A stretch of 64,000 nt of DNA from Octopus bimaculoides (lineage: Eukaryota), in assembly GCF_001194135.2 (NCBI RefSeq), contig NC_069003.1, forward strand, positions 19,862,322 to 19,926,321. The letters run 5' to 3'. This document shows, piece after piece, positions 12,547 through 26,894 of this stretch (position 1 is the first letter of the stretch; each line of letters starts with the position of its first letter). The notes below the pieces were generated by a model, which worked only from the letters and a program-made list of their open reading frames with translations, did not search any database and was not told where the DNA came from. A program made the translations under genes and the position numbers.

Positions 12547-12695
12547 TATGAGAGAAAGAAAATAGAATTCACAAGACTCTTCAGAACCACTACAATCATT
12601 TTGACTCAATTGTTTGTATAGTATTTCACTTGTAAGGTGCAATTGCAGTGATTCTGAATAAAGAGTCTCGTGAATTCCATTTACTTTCTTTCATA
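12547..12695. repeat. Small inverted-repeat element (arms about 50 bp, spacer about 45 bp); possible MITE
   Basis: 12547-12596 'tatgagagaaagaaaatagaattcacaagactcttcagaaccactacaat' pairs with the reverse complement of 12642-12695 'tatgaaagaaagtaaatggaattcacgagactctttattcagaatcactgcaat'. Confidence 0.8.
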
Positions 12696-13124
12696 CTCTG
12701 TGTGTGTGTATGTGTGTGCGTGTGCATGCACGCATGTATGACAATTATTATCATTTAACATATTTTCCATGCTGGCATGAGTTGGACAGTTTGATTGGAG
12801 CTGGCAAGCCAGAGAGCTACACAAGGTTTCAGTTGTCTGTTCTGGTATGGTTTCTATGGTTGGATGCCTTTCCTAATACCAACCACTTAACAGAGTGTAT
12901 TAGGTGCTTTTTACATGGTGCAAGCACTGGTGTTTTTTACATAGCCTCAGCAAGGTCACCAAGGAACTTAATCGAGAGGAGTGGAACCAAGGGAAGTGGT
13001 GAGAAGGTAGAGTATAATAGAGGGACAGAGATAGTTGTCTTACTATAGGGGAGATACTTGGTTACCCCAGTAGGACAAGGAAGGAGAAGGAAGATGGGAG
13101 AGATTTAGGGAGAAAGATAGAAAG

Positions 13125-13175
<51 letters not shown>

Positions 13176-14638
13176 GAAAGAAATAGATGTAGTTGGAGAT
13201 ATATTGGGGTCAGTCCATAGGGAACAGTGGAGGGTAGAGTATAAGTAATACAGAGGGGATAGATGGAAACTGTGCAGAAGCTCTGATCACAATATATATA
13301 TAATTGATACAATGAACAAAAATAGCTTGTAATTTGTTCTGACATGGTTATAATCTTTGTGTTTTTTATTCATTTCTAAGGTCAGTAAAATAAGTATCAA
13401 ATAAAGTATTTTGGCTCATATAATAGACTATAAACCTTTCCAGGCTGTGCCCCAGCATGACCATAGTCCACTGACTAAAACCAGTGAAAGAACTTCAAAT
13501 TGTAAGCAGGATAAATATGTTTTACTATCAGACATCTCTGTATGCTTTTATAAAACATAAATAATCTTCAGATAGTAAGGTGTGTTTTCCAGAAAATGTA
13601 TTTGTGTGTGCCTGTGAATGAGGTTTTATATACACAAACACACGTTTTTGTAGGATAATGTATTCCTGAAGAAGTCCCTTACAATATGGTATATGCTCTT
13701 TACATGGTAGCACTTTTTCAGATAGGAATTTGTCTAATTAATTTTGTTTTCTGCACAAAGATGGACATTTTGATGTTTCCTATCAGTGTGACCTAGTAAT
13801 AATTTCTCAAGATTCTAATTTCTACTGGATGTTTCCAGCCTATGGAAAATATATAAATATTTTCTTATCTTAACAAGTAAAACTAAGCAAGTTTAAAAAT
13901 AGATTCCACTCATACATGATTCAGTGGTGAAATGTTAAGAACAGCATTCAACCATAAAAAAAAAACACATGCTCTACTAATTTATATTAACAGAAGGCAC
14001 TAAAGAATTATTCCAAACCAGACATATATAAAAATAAGAAAAAGCATTAGAAATTGATTAACAAGCCATAAATTTATGAATAAATAAGTATATGGAGTCA
14101 CATCCATCATCATCTTTATTTTACATTAGTTTTCCATACTGTCATGGGTTGGAGAGATCAAGAATGGTTTAAGTTCTTATTCAGAATTATTACCCTCAGA
14201 GGACCATGTAGTCAGACCAAAGGGCTTTTGGTAACTTGGAACAATGTTGGAATTGTTATGATGCATCAACAATTGTTTACCTTCCACTTCAAAGAAGCTA
14301 CAAAAGGCAGTCATAGAGAGCTTATGCCAGCATGGGAAAGGAATGTTTGATGATGATGATGATGATGATGCAATTCTGAGTTTTCCTTACATAAGGTCAT
14401 AAGAGTCAAATCATAAAAGTACAAAGTTTATGATCTGGTATTACTTGCAATAGTTCTAATATATGTAAACTACCTATCTAACTGGACAGAGTCAATCAGA
14501 CTATATATATCAGGTTAATCTTATGAAAAAACAATTGGTCCTAGAAGGCCTGCAAAGGTTATGGGCACTGCCTCTTTCTCCAGACTCAACAAGAAAAAAA
14601 GGGTACTACTTTTCTTTCCTGACTAAATGAGAGAGATA

Positions 14639-14675
<37 letters not shown>

Positions 14676-15033
14676 CAATCATTTAATCCAACTGAATGAA
14701 ATATCAGAAAAATCTTCAAATGACACTCTAGTGTCTTACATAAAAAGCAATACACAGAACATTATAATCTCTCATGTGCTAAAAGACAGGCTAAATATCA
14801 ATAAGACCTACAGGAAATAAAAATCTTCAGTCATGCTTTAATGGTTCAATGAAGTATTCAAGACCCGCACATTACACTTCATAGTCAGAAAGGCAAGATA
14901 TAAGAAGATAGGTTAAGAATGTGAGTGTAAAAGTTTCAAATTGAATAAAACTTTATTCAACCTTCAGTTACACATGTCACACAAGTATATCACCCACCTC
15001 TCTAGAAATGGATAGTAGTATAACAAGCATCCT

Positions 15034-15268
15034 TCTTATTTCTTTATTGCCCACAAGGGGCTAAACATAGAGGGGACAAACAAGGACAGACAAAGTGATT
15101 AAGTTGATTACATCGACCCCAGTGCATAACTGGTGTTTAATTTATCGACCCCGATAGGATGAAAGGCAAAGTCGACCTCGGTGGAATTTGATGTCAGAAA
15201 GTAACAGCAGACAAAATACCACTAAGCATTTCGTCCGGCGTGCTAACGTTTCTGCCAGCTCGCCACCA
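15034..15268 (-). mobile_element. SINE family A, relatively young copy
   Basis: Retains many CpGs ('atcgaccccgataggatgaaaggcaaagtcgacctcggtggaatttg'). Confidence 0.8.
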
Positions 15269-15503
15269 TCCTTCTTGCTAACCTCTCAGTGAAATGCCAC
15301 ATTGAAGGATATTTGGTTGCTATTTCTAGCACATTAAGCAATCCTGCAGAAACTCCTTTTTTGGCATGGCTTGATCCTATACCTTGAGCAAATATATCAT
15401 AGAGGAGTGGGAACTCAGTTTTATGAGTTACAAGTAACCTCACTAGTGCTGGCACGGTGATAAAATGATGCACCCAGTACACTGTAAAGTAATTGCTAGA
15501 GAG

Positions 15504-15843
15504 TGAAGGCACATGGCTCAGTGGTTAGAGTGTCGAGCATACAACCATGAGGTTGTGAGTTCAAATCCCAGACCGGGCTGCATGTTGTGTTCTTGAGCAA
15601 GACACTTTATTTGATGTTGTTCCAGTTCACTCAGTGCTGTAGAAATGAGTTGCGACGTCACAGGTGCCAAGCTGTATCAGCCTTTGCCTTTCCCTTCGAT
15701 GACATCAGTGGCGTTGAGAGGGGAGGCTGGTATGCATGGGCGACTGCTGGTCTTCCGTAAACAACCTTGCCTGGGCTTGTGCCTCAGAAGGTAACTTTCT
15801 AGGTGCAATCCCATGGTCATTCATGACCGAAGGGGGTCTCAGC
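15504..15843 (+). mobile_element. Full-length tRNA-derived SINE (family E) with a candidate TSD
   Basis: A-box 'tggctcagtggttagag', B-box 'gagttcaaatccc', central 'gtgttcttgagcaagacactt..gttccagttcactcag'; flanks aattgctagagag (15491-15503) and aattgatagagaa (15844-15856). Confidence 0.8.
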
Positions 15844-16399
15844 AATTGATAGAGAAGCAGAGACAATACAAGGTTGAAAGAAATCTACAGTTTTTTCAAC
15901 CTTATATGGAACATGACAAAAACACGCAACCTCTCTAGTGTGAGTGCCATTATAAAATGTACATGGTACACTTTGTAAAGTGAAGGGTGCAAGGAAAGAC
16001 ATTCAGCTGTAGAAATGAAGCCAAAAAGAATGAAGTAAATGTACAAGTAAGATGTAGTTCTCTAACTAGTCCAAGGAACCGTAACTCAGCATAAAGAACT
16101 GACTTAGACTGCAACAACCCATCAAACCAATGTCAGTATGGAAAACTGACTCATGATGATGATGAATAAAAAGAGATGTAATGTTTAAATTAGGTTTTGC
16201 TCAAAAGAAGAGGAATTTCATTTTACTTGTATTTTCCACTAGATGGAGATCAACAAAAGAAGGGAAAAAAAAAAGAAGTTTGGTTTGTTATAGAACCAAT
16301 AACACTAACACAGCCAGAACCATATTCTGCATAAGGATTTCTTTGCAATTTAAAAATTAATGGTTTGGTAATGCCTGTTTTGTATCATATCAATGATAC

Positions 16400-17340
16400 A
16401 AAAGAATCAAAGCTGGCTATGTTAAATGGAAGACGATATGGCAATTCAGTGCAGAGAACAAAAGACTGTATACTTTAAGGTAAAGTAACTTTTAAGTAGT
16501 TTACTGAAGTTCCATCAGAGTTGATAACATTACATTTTAATATTCAGAGCAATTGAATAGAGCACGTTTTAGTAGCAAATTGATAATTTCTTTTAATATT
16601 AATCTCAGGAAATATTAAACTAAGAGGTAGAGAAACCAGTAAACTTTGTTTGCCGATGATATTGGTTTATGAGGTCATAATGAAAAAGAAAACTTAAAGA
16701 TCTAAGGACAACTGCAAGAAAGTATGAAATAGAAATAAGTGCCAAAAAACAAAAACAAAAAAAAACACTTAATATAAAGAATCCGGTTCAAATAACAGGA
16801 AAGACATTGAAACAAGTAGATAAATCTAAGTATTTAGCAAGAGCATGAGAAGATCTAAGAGTAAAGAAAGTGATGGATTGTAGCAGTTGATAGCATCGTT
16901 TAGAAAAATTAGACTTTGGTTTTTTGGTGGGGTGGGGTGGATTATAACAAATATTTGTTTTTCTTTAAAGCAATAGTAATTTCTGCTTGATTCTAAGGAG
17001 GTGAATTGTGGACATTAAAGAATGAAAATGAGAAAAAATTTTATGACCTTTAAAATGAAATGTTATAGAAAGATGTTTTGCAGTCTATATACAGAAAATT
17101 GAACTAATGAGAGTGTTAGGAAAGAAATTGTTGAGAAGACTACAAAATCATGAAATTCTTCTCTCAGTATAAAAAAAAATAGATAACAAGGTGGATTGGT
17201 TATACAATGTGTTACCAGCCTACACCTAGTGGATATGATCAGACATGGACAAGCTCTTAGCAAAAGATGTAAGAAAAAAAACAAAGGAAGTGGTTTGGGT
17301 AACCTCAAGGAATGAAGAGAAAGATGATGTAAATTTAAGG
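16400..17340 (+). mobile_element. Degenerate RTE-type LINE, reverse-transcriptase and C-terminal region
   Basis: FADDI at 16649-16663, LKQVDKxKYL-like motif near 16810, and an RTE-like C-terminal remnant (TNESVRKE.. RWIGYT..); many stops and frameshifts. Confidence 0.7.
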
Positions 17341-20300
17341 TTGGCTGTTGACCAGGAGAAATTAAAGGAGGCTGCATCTTTTAATGGGTCCCCTAGGGTC
17401 AATCTCAGAATTCAAAAATGGAATTTGATGGTTTGATGAACAAAGAATTAGCATCTCATAAAAATTCAGCCTTTGTTCTTCCACATCATTCATTTCTCAT
17501 TTATTTAAGGCTAGATGAACTTGATCATTCAAAGTCAATTGGGTTGCAAAAAATATAGACATGATTCTTATGATAGATTTAACAATCATAGGAAACCTCA
17601 TAGAGGTGTGACACCATTACCACTTTAATCAATGCTCATCACAAGTTAGTTAGGAAATTAATCAATGCTTGGTTAAGAAGTTCATTTTGTAACCATGTGA
17701 TTCTATCTTTGATATCACTGCACAGTACTTTGACTTCTACCAGAACCACAGGTTGACCAATGCCTTATGAGTGGAATTTAGTAGACACAAACTGTAGAGA
17801 AGCCCATCATATATAAGTGTGTGCATGTTTGTGTGAATGTGTATGTCCATGTGTGTCTGGCTTTTGACAACGTATATTGGAGAAAGATGTGAACATCATA
17901 CAGAAAACTGAAAAGTAATGCTATTTCAAATGAAGTCCCTCATGATAGTTACTCTACACTGAGGTACAGACACTCCATTGTTACTCTTGCCAGCAAAAAT
18001 GTAGTGACCAGTGACTGTCCCTTTGAGAATCTGTCATCAATGATGACAGTGTTCACCAATTATGACATAAAATAAATAAGTACTAATCACCTAAATTTAA
18101 AACCCCTGTATTGAATTTGTAGTCATATGTCGAACGAAAGAAATAATTCAATATGGCTGTCCAGAAGACAGGATCATTTCAAAGATAAACTACTTTCTAG
18201 TACTTTTATTATAATTCCTGTCAAAGTTGATCTTCAGCAAAGAGATGAATTAACCAGATAGAACATGCTGTGACAGCAGCAACTGTTCAGGTTTTCTATT
18301 GTTTCATATTTTTGTTTTTTTGTCTTTTTGTTTTTCCATTTACCTTAATTAGATGTAGTTCAGTTTATAAATATTTCTATATGAGTCAAGATAAATGAAA
18401 TTCTCTGGAGAATCAGTCAGAGGTCCGACTGTTGCAGAGAAAAACAAGGAGGGAGTTATGATGAAGGCTAGTTTTAATTTAATAGTGAAAAGCAAAGACA
18501 GCATAAGATTAGGTTATATCAACATGAATGGAACAACACATTGAAGACACTGTTGCTAGGAAATTATGCATAAATTTAACAACACAACATAAAACTTACT
18601 GATAAAGGAGACTAAATCAACTAAAAAGTCAATGCATACAATAAAGCACTTTCCACATGCACTACCTCCAAGAAAGAAAACTTATGACAGATAGGAAATA
18701 ATTTTAACATACCATTAAAATTCAAAACATCACAAGAAAGGTGCTGAAACCAAGTGATACACCAAATTTTGTGAACCAACTACACAGGACAGAAAAGCAT
18801 AAAAATACTTTCTCGTACAACATTTAATACTACTCCTTTTACTAGTAGTATTTCTGCTAGTAATAATTCTTTCTGTGTCAGGCATAAGGCCTAAAATTTG
18901 TGGAGAGGGATCTAGTCAATTACATCGATCCCCTGATACTTGACGGATACTTATTTTATTGACCCTGAAAAGATGAAAGCAAAATTGATCTCAGCAGAAT
19001 TTGATCTCAGAAAGTAAAGCCAAAAGAAATGCTACAAGGCATTTTATCCAGTGCGCTAACAATTCTACCAGATTACCACTTTTATAACTATGATAATAAG
19101 GCCAGAAATTTTGAAGACAGAGTCTAGTCGATTACATCAACCCCAGTACTTGACTGGTATTTATTTTTATCAAGCCCATAACAATGAATGGTAAAGTTGA
19201 CCTTGGCAGAATTTAAGCCAGAAGAAATGCTGCTAACCATTTTGTCCAATGTACTAACGATTCTTCCAACTCGTCACAGTCATAATATCATTATTATTAT
19301 TGACATATCCATTTTTCGCTTACCATTGCCCATCTCAGTTGCTGCCTATCACTCACTCTCTCGCCATTACCCTTATTTTACTATCCCATTACACCACTGA
19401 TACTATTTTTATTCAATCTCCTTATAAACAACCAGCATATAGCTATCACTGTCTCTCTTCTATTACTCCAGCCTCTATCATTGTCTTGCTCCTCCCACTG
19501 TTTCTCCCAATTATACCCATATTCTCACTCTTTCTTCTTAAACCACTCCTCCTCATTCAGTCATTACTCTCTCTTTTATTCACCCTCTTTATTATGATTG
19601 CTTTGAATGGAAAAAGAAAACAAGAATATAGAAGACCCTCAACCTAACAGAGGACATGGCAAACTCTAGTGTTGGTACCATAGTAAAATGTACTAACATC
19701 AGTCTGTAAAGTAGCTGGTCTTAGAAAAAGCATCTGGCTATAGAAACAATGTGCCAAAAATGGAACATACGAATGTTCTTCCAACCCTTCTAGGTAGGTA
19801 TTAACTCCAAACAACTAATTCAGACCATAACAGCCCATCCAACCCATACCAGCATGGAATATGGATACAAAATGGCAGTGGTGGTGGTGGCGGTGGTGAT
19901 GGTTATGATCATGATGATTGTCGTTATTAAACTATGGTAGTGAGATTCTGTCAATAAAAACCCATCCATTGGTTGTTTATTTTCAATTAATTGATTCATT
20001 AATTAACGAGCCAATTGGCTTTTGACACTCTACTCTGACCTTTTCACTGACTTTCTTTGATCTCTCCCACTTTGTGCAAGCTCCTTCACAACTATAAGCA
20101 CAAATTTACAGAGGAGAATAAGATTCTGTAACATTCATGCTTTTCTTATAGGCATTAACAGCATTACTGATGTGAACTAACAACTAATCTGCATGTGATC
20201 CAATAAGGGAGCTACCAGCCAATACACAAATATCTAGACAGTCACTTAACCGGCTAGAAATAGCTGCCAGATCTTACTCAAAACTCGATCTGACCATTTA

Positions 20301-20835
20301 AAGTAAAGAATGACACTACAGGTAATGTAGTCTTAGATATTATGTGATGGTCACAACTGGAATAAGGTCTACATAACAAGTGGCTCACAAAGTTGACCTA
20401 CCAGAAATTGTGTTGCTTATTCTGTGACTAAATAATTCAGGTGTTAAATATTTATCCAATATAGCATGTAGCCTACTGGTGTGGGGTGGGGCTCATGATA
20501 TTAAGATCAGGATCTTGATACTTGGACCAGAGACACACTGGATACTTAAGCCAGGTACTTCATCTCACATTGTTTCAGTCACCAACTCAGCAGAAATGAG
20601 CAACAACCAAGTACTGATGCAGCCCTTTCTTTCTCTCCTTCTAGTTATCATATCATAGATGCTTTACTGGGTCGAGGATATGAGGACCAAGAAGGATTCT
20701 ATGATTGGCCTTAATTACATAGGTCCTTAAAACAATTAGTGTAACAATGGTACATACTACCAAGTCCTCATTGATTCTGAATGATGCTGTCATTTTAGAT
20801 ATCCAACATTTGAAAGACTAATCTAAGACTAGTTT

Positions 20836-21060
20836 ATTACTCTTCAGCATTCAAACCAGCCATATCCAGCCCAAATATTCTGTTTTGTGTTCAAACTGAC
20901 CAGGTTAAGCCTCTCACATCTACCCTGCAATGTCATTATAAAAATAAAACAATTACATCATCAAAATCTCAAAGGTACAAGATAATGATGAATGATTAAT
21001 TCCAAACAATGTGAATAAATAAGCAATATATGACAAAATAATTTAAATGCTAAAGGGTTC
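20836..21060. mobile_element. Short MITE with CCCTTTAGCATT-type TIRs (TTAA/piggyBac-like ends, degenerate)
   Basis: Left 'actcttcagcattcaaa' versus right 'tttaaatgctaaagggtt'. Confidence 0.5.
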
Positions 21061-24000
21061 ACTTAACATTATAATAATTGATATTCTTTTTTAATTCTTT
21101 TTAATTTTCTTTCATGTAATTTTCATATCTATATTCTTACTCAACGTAAAATATACAGCGATGAGATATATGGAAGAATAGATAAAATCATGTAATGAGT
21201 AACTACTTGATGCTTCTCACATACTTTTCATATATACTTATAGTTACTTTGAAAAAAATGTAAATGTTCCATTATTTTTAGTTCGGTCTGTTTGTGAAAT
21301 GCAATAACTATTTTTGAAACAAATTCATCATAATTTTCCATGTATTTATAGCTTTAGATGATAAAACAAAAAAAGACAAGCCAAAATAAAATAAGAGTAA
21401 AACTAATAATTCCTACATTGTTGTGAGATTGCAAATTTTGGTGGATGAGTGGTAGCCAATGAAAGTGACCCCATTACTTCATTGATACTTTATTTTACCA
21501 ATCCAAGAATAAGATGAATGGCAAAAATTGAAATGAAAGGAATTAGAACTCAAGGACATTTTCAGTGTAAAGGGTTGTGTTATTTAATAACATGCATTTT
21601 GTCTAACACTGACAATTCTACCAAAGTACACTGAATGAAAAGCTGAGAACAAGAAGGAAAATAAAGTTCCAATATTAAATAGCAACTACAGTATAGAAAA
21701 AAATAACAAGGATCACCTAAAATGAGGGGTCAACAACATCAGGTGATTTAGGGCATTCCACACACAATCTCAGTTAATCCTGACAAACCAAACCCAAGTT
21801 CCTTCTCCTAGTCTTTACAACCAGCCTCCACATCCCTCTTTTAATGATATTTGAAGAAGTTGATGAGAGGAAAGGCTCTGTCCTCAAACCTATCTGTCAT
21901 ATCCATCAATACTTGATTGGTACTGAACCTTTAATTGCAGTTTGAAACCAGCTTGTGAAGGGATGTAACTAAATATTGCAAAAACATACTGTCTGATGCT
22001 CTACTGATTCTGAAATTCACAATACTTCTTTATAATGATAATAATGTTTACTGATTTTGGTACATGACCACAACATATTGTAGGAATTATGTATTTGATT
22101 TAATTGACTCTGGTAGCTGAATGAGAGAGCTGGACATCATTATTTAGACTAACTTTAAAAGAAAGATCAATGAGTCAGTGTTCTAGATTAAAATTACAAG
22201 AGGTAAATTTTGTTTTCCATTTATTGAAATCGATAAAAGAATGGAGTTCATTATATCAAATACATTAGTTCTCCTTGAGAAACAAATGGACCTGGTGTCA
22301 GCACAAACAATATTGTACCAAAGAACTCTATGATTTACTTTATGGCAGCTCACTTTATGCTCAGAATTTTGCATTCAAATATCAGAGTGTTTTTGACTTT
22401 GCTCTTTCATCTTTCTAGAATCACGGATTAGTTGCATTAGTTGTTGTTGGTAGTGGTGTTGCTTAGCATCAAATTGGTTTTGATCAAGCAAGCTTGTGAT
22501 CAAAAGCATTCAAACTATGACCATCCATATAATATGTATGGATGGATGTGTCTACAGATATATTTCACTGACGTCAGTAAAGAACATAAACAGCAGTGAG
22601 AAAAACCAACAATGAAAAAAAGACAAAAAAAAAAACAGTGTTTTATAAATGAAGTCTCATGATATATTTGCTTTGCACTGGGTTACAGGCACTCCCTGGT
22701 CACTTTCACCTTCAGAAATACAATGAACCAATAACTAACTCATTGTAAACCTGACTGTAGTGGCCCTCATATTAGATTCATTTTTTAAAGACAGATAGTG
22801 CAGTTATGACTATGTAGTTAAGAAGTTTGCTTTCCAGCCATGAAGTTTCAGGTTCAGTCCCACTGTATAGCAACTCAGGCAGGAATCTTATACCAATGTT
22901 ACTTTACAAGTAACATTGGTACATGGAAACTGTGCAGAAACCTATCATATACATATAGAAAAAAAATACATCTTTTTTAAGTCTGGTATTTATTTTATCA
23001 ACTCCTATTTGTTAGACTGCTATGTTACAAGACACAGCTAACCATGAACACAAATATACATGCACATGCATACAGATACATTTGAAGAATTCATGTGGCC
23101 TAGTAAGGGTATTAGACTCACAATTACCGGTTCAATTCCTGGAGCAGGTGATGATTGTGTCCTTAAACAAGGTACATCATTTCACATTGCTCAAGTCTAT
23201 TCAGCAGAAACCTTATGTTGTCACATCCTCAATGGCAAATGCATGATACAAGCTACCAAATCATACTTGCTTGAGAGTGATAGCTAAGCGCCCACACATA
23301 ATGGGTTTCCATTGAAGTTACTTGTCCAACATGCCACACAGTGAGATCAAACCCAAACTACATAGCTATGCTTGCCTTTTCTTTTAACAATGGCATTTTT
23401 ACTTCTGTTGGAAAACTAAGAATGCTTTTCTTCAATACCTTATAATTATGTGTTTCTTTATGTAAGAATTTTTTTTTAATCAAAAATGACCAACGAAAAC
23501 AGTACACATGTTAGAGAGGTGGGTCTGTTAAATACAATGAAGCAGTTAGTTCAAAACCTCACAGTTCTGAGTTCAATTCCCAATAGAAACTGACTTCTAA
23601 ATTTCACACCAAGACAAGTTTGTTTTTCAAATGATTGAGAAGCAAGCATTTGTGTGGTTGAGAAATTTGCTTCCCATGTGGTTTTGTGTTCAATCCTACC
23701 AAAGCCCCAGGTCAACTGAAGGATTGTGAGTGAATTTTGTAAATGGAGGCTAAAAGAGGTCTCCACGCTGTGTGCATGTGTGTGCATGCATATGTGTGAG
23801 TGTGTTTTTTCTCTTGTAGTCTTGACATCATGAGTAGTTGTAAATTAATGTCACCATCATACAAGTAATGTCATTCATTTCAATCTTTGGTGAAAATATG
23901 TCTGGCTATGTGGAAATATTACCTTGTTTTGTCAACAGAAAAGAAGATACCTGATCACAGAAAAACTTCCTCAATAAATTCTGTCAAGCATGGAAAAGTG

Positions 24001-24090
24001 GAAATTAAAACTGATGATGATGAAATATCAGTCATATACTGAGGACAAACATTACACACACACACACATCTGTAGACACATCCATTCATG

Positions 24091-24153
<63 letters not shown>

Positions 24154-26149
24154 CTACCCTTTTCATAGTTGGCTTTGTGCCCAGTCAAGAGAAGAATCAT
24201 TATTCATAAATGTTATTCAATGGATTATGAATTCCATCAGGAGAAAACTAATTTACTTCTGTCACTATAGATTTTGAGTAATTAGTTGGAGACATTCATA
24301 TTTATCCCAAATGAATAATCTAAAGGGAGAATTTTTAGACACTGCTTGTGTCAGCTGCATACTAATTCTAAATAAAGTATAGTGAGTAAAGCCCAACAGA
24401 GCAAGGTCATTGTTTTAAATACACACACACATGCACGTTTTTTTCATGCACAAAACAAACAGCATGTAGTAGACTTTAGAGATAAATTTTATGTAGTTAG
24501 ACAACAGCTTATAATGCCGATATACCTACATTAGAGAAAAATACAAAAGTGTAAATACATCTTGTTATTCACTGCACAGACAAGGAAATACAGAGATTGC
24601 CCTTACATGCTTTGACTGATTGGCTACTCTTCAGAAGACAAACACCCTTCACCTTTCAGCCTACGAAGAGAACAAATATTATACAATATATGCATATATG
24701 TCTCCAGAGTAGAAGTTGCAGAGACTTATTTTCAAGTTACTCGGTCATGTCACTAACGCTGATATGCCATGAAAAGAGCACCCAGTATACTCTGTAAAGT
24801 GATTGGTTTTAGCAAGGGCATCCAGCCATAGAAACCATGCCAGAGCAGACACTAGAGCTTGACACAGTCCTTTGGTTTATCAGATCCTTTTGAGCCATCC
24901 AACTTACGCCAGCAAGGAAGATAGATGTTAAACGATCATGATAATATATGCATGGGTTGCAGTTCTAAGGAGGACGAACTGAACAAAGTGCTTTGAGCAG
25001 TGTCTGAATGAGAAAATGCAATAAAATGATGAGAGGAGGAAAGGGATGTTTCCTGAATTCCGGATAGGGTGAGTGTATCAAGCTAATTTTTAGAGCATAG
25101 TCTTCCATCTATACTCTAAATTTAAATGCTATTATGACTGACACATAAGTATCAGTCAAGTCATGAAACAGAGGAACCTTCATTATATTCTTAGCCTACA
25201 TTTATTTTTACCTCTCAGTAAAAAGGGAAGGGCAGTGCCCATGAAAGAAATCCAAAACTGGTGAGAGAAAAAGAGGGAGGAATCCTCCAGTTAGAAACCT
25301 GACCCGAATACTTGCAACAGAATGGACTCCACTAAAAGAAACCGAGGTGCCAGATTGTGGCATTGAAGTGGTGATAGATTAAGTCTACCATCCAAGCAGG
25401 CCATGGAGGGATTTGAACTCAGAATGCAAACAACTGGAACAAATAGTGTGTCATCTTGTCCAATGGTCTAATGTTACCACCAGTTCACTAATCTAAACTG
25501 CCACTTTATTTATCGACTGCAGAAAGATGAAAGTTGACCCTGCCAGGGTTTGAACTCAGAACCCAAGGTGCTGGTAAAATACCACAAGGTACTTTGTCTA
25601 ATGACTACCAATTTACTTTACAAATTTGTTCCTTATACCAATGTGAGAAATCAATATATACAGAATATAAATAGACTTCAAATATCCACAATTACATCAT
25701 ATGAATTTTTAAATTGTATTTTCATTAACATTATTCTCATGATAAATAAATTAATTTATTGTTAAAACTTATTTAAAAAGCTATTTCCTTTGTGTTTATT
25801 TTTGAGTGCAGGAAATAAGTAAAAACAAACAGGCATGGAACTCTATAATATTGTTAGATAATATGTAACATCCATTGTCATAGTCAAACAGTTTTTAGAG
25901 AATTTTATACAGTAAGAACATTAGAAGTTTGTATATTTTATCATTTGAATAATGGTTTTAAATATAAATTTAAGATCAGTCACTAGCTCCTTATGAGTAG
26001 TCCAACACAATATTAGTTGGTCTTCTTGTAATAAAAATACTAAATGGATTTCAGAAGTTAAAGAGAAATTCTATAGTCAAAGTGATATTCAAGATGATTT
26101 TCTTCTTGAAAGACAGACAAAAGTTTAATCCTTTTCATAGCAGCTCACC

Positions 26150-26600
26150 TGTAACTGATCTTGGTTCTATGACACAAAGTTCCTGTTTTAAAGTGAACTA
26201 AAAGCTTTCATGATAATTTATGTTCCAAACCTAAAGTTAATAACGACTATTAAATTTTTCATTGTTTTTTTAAATTAATTGAAAGAAAGGCAGTATATTT
26301 CAACAGAAATAAAGTAACAAAAGGATTAAATATTGTATGATTATCAGTCTATGTGTTCTGTATTCTCCTGAGATGTCCCAACTATCCATTCTATATAAGT
26401 ACAAACACACAAACTTCCTGTTTTAAAGTAATCTAAACTAAAAAAAAAATAAACCTTTCATCAAACTTTCATGTTAATCCAGATTCCAAACACCAGTATA
26501 TTAATGATGACAAAGTTCTTTTATTAAATTCTTCATTATTTTCAAACTTAATTGAAAGAAAGGTAATGTATTTCAACAGAAATATGGTAACCAAAGAATC
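26150..26600 (+). repeat. Two tandem diverged copies of a repeat of about 180 bp
   Basis: 'cacaaagttcctgtttttaaag..ttaattgaaagaaaggcagtatatttcaacagaaat' at about 26150-26330 and again at about 26405-26600. Confidence 0.65.
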
Positions 26601-26894
26601 TATCAAGTTTCTACAGTTTGTCCTGCAGGTTATCGATTGATATAGATTATACACTATGAGCAGGTCTCCTTGAAAAGGAAATGTTTCCTGGCATGTTTTT
26701 GGAAAGCAATGCATTCCCTAGCAGTCAACAGCAGATTTCCTTGTAAGCTTCCCCACATTCCTATAGGATCGGACAAGAAGTCAGCCCCAGGTAGTACAGA
26801 TCCAAGTTACTGCAAATAAATGTTGCTTACACTGTTATTTTTGAGCCAGTCAACATCCAGTCTGGGACTGGCTACCTTCAGTCTCTTAAGACCT

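Noticed and set aside
14740-14807. Minus-strand segment with a strong acceptor and donor
   Set aside because: Stops in all three frames; shows that good-looking splice-site pairs arise by chance here.
15504-15580. tRNA-like sequences here and at about 27050-27120, 36570-36650 and 52216-52290 as tRNA genes
   Set aside because: No complete cloverleaf or acceptor stem; each continues into a SINE body, so they are SINE heads.
20645-20714. Plus-strand exon-like piece YHIIDALLGRGYEDQEGFYDWP*
   Set aside because: Isolated, with no compatible partner exons, and on the opposite strand to the better-supported chain.
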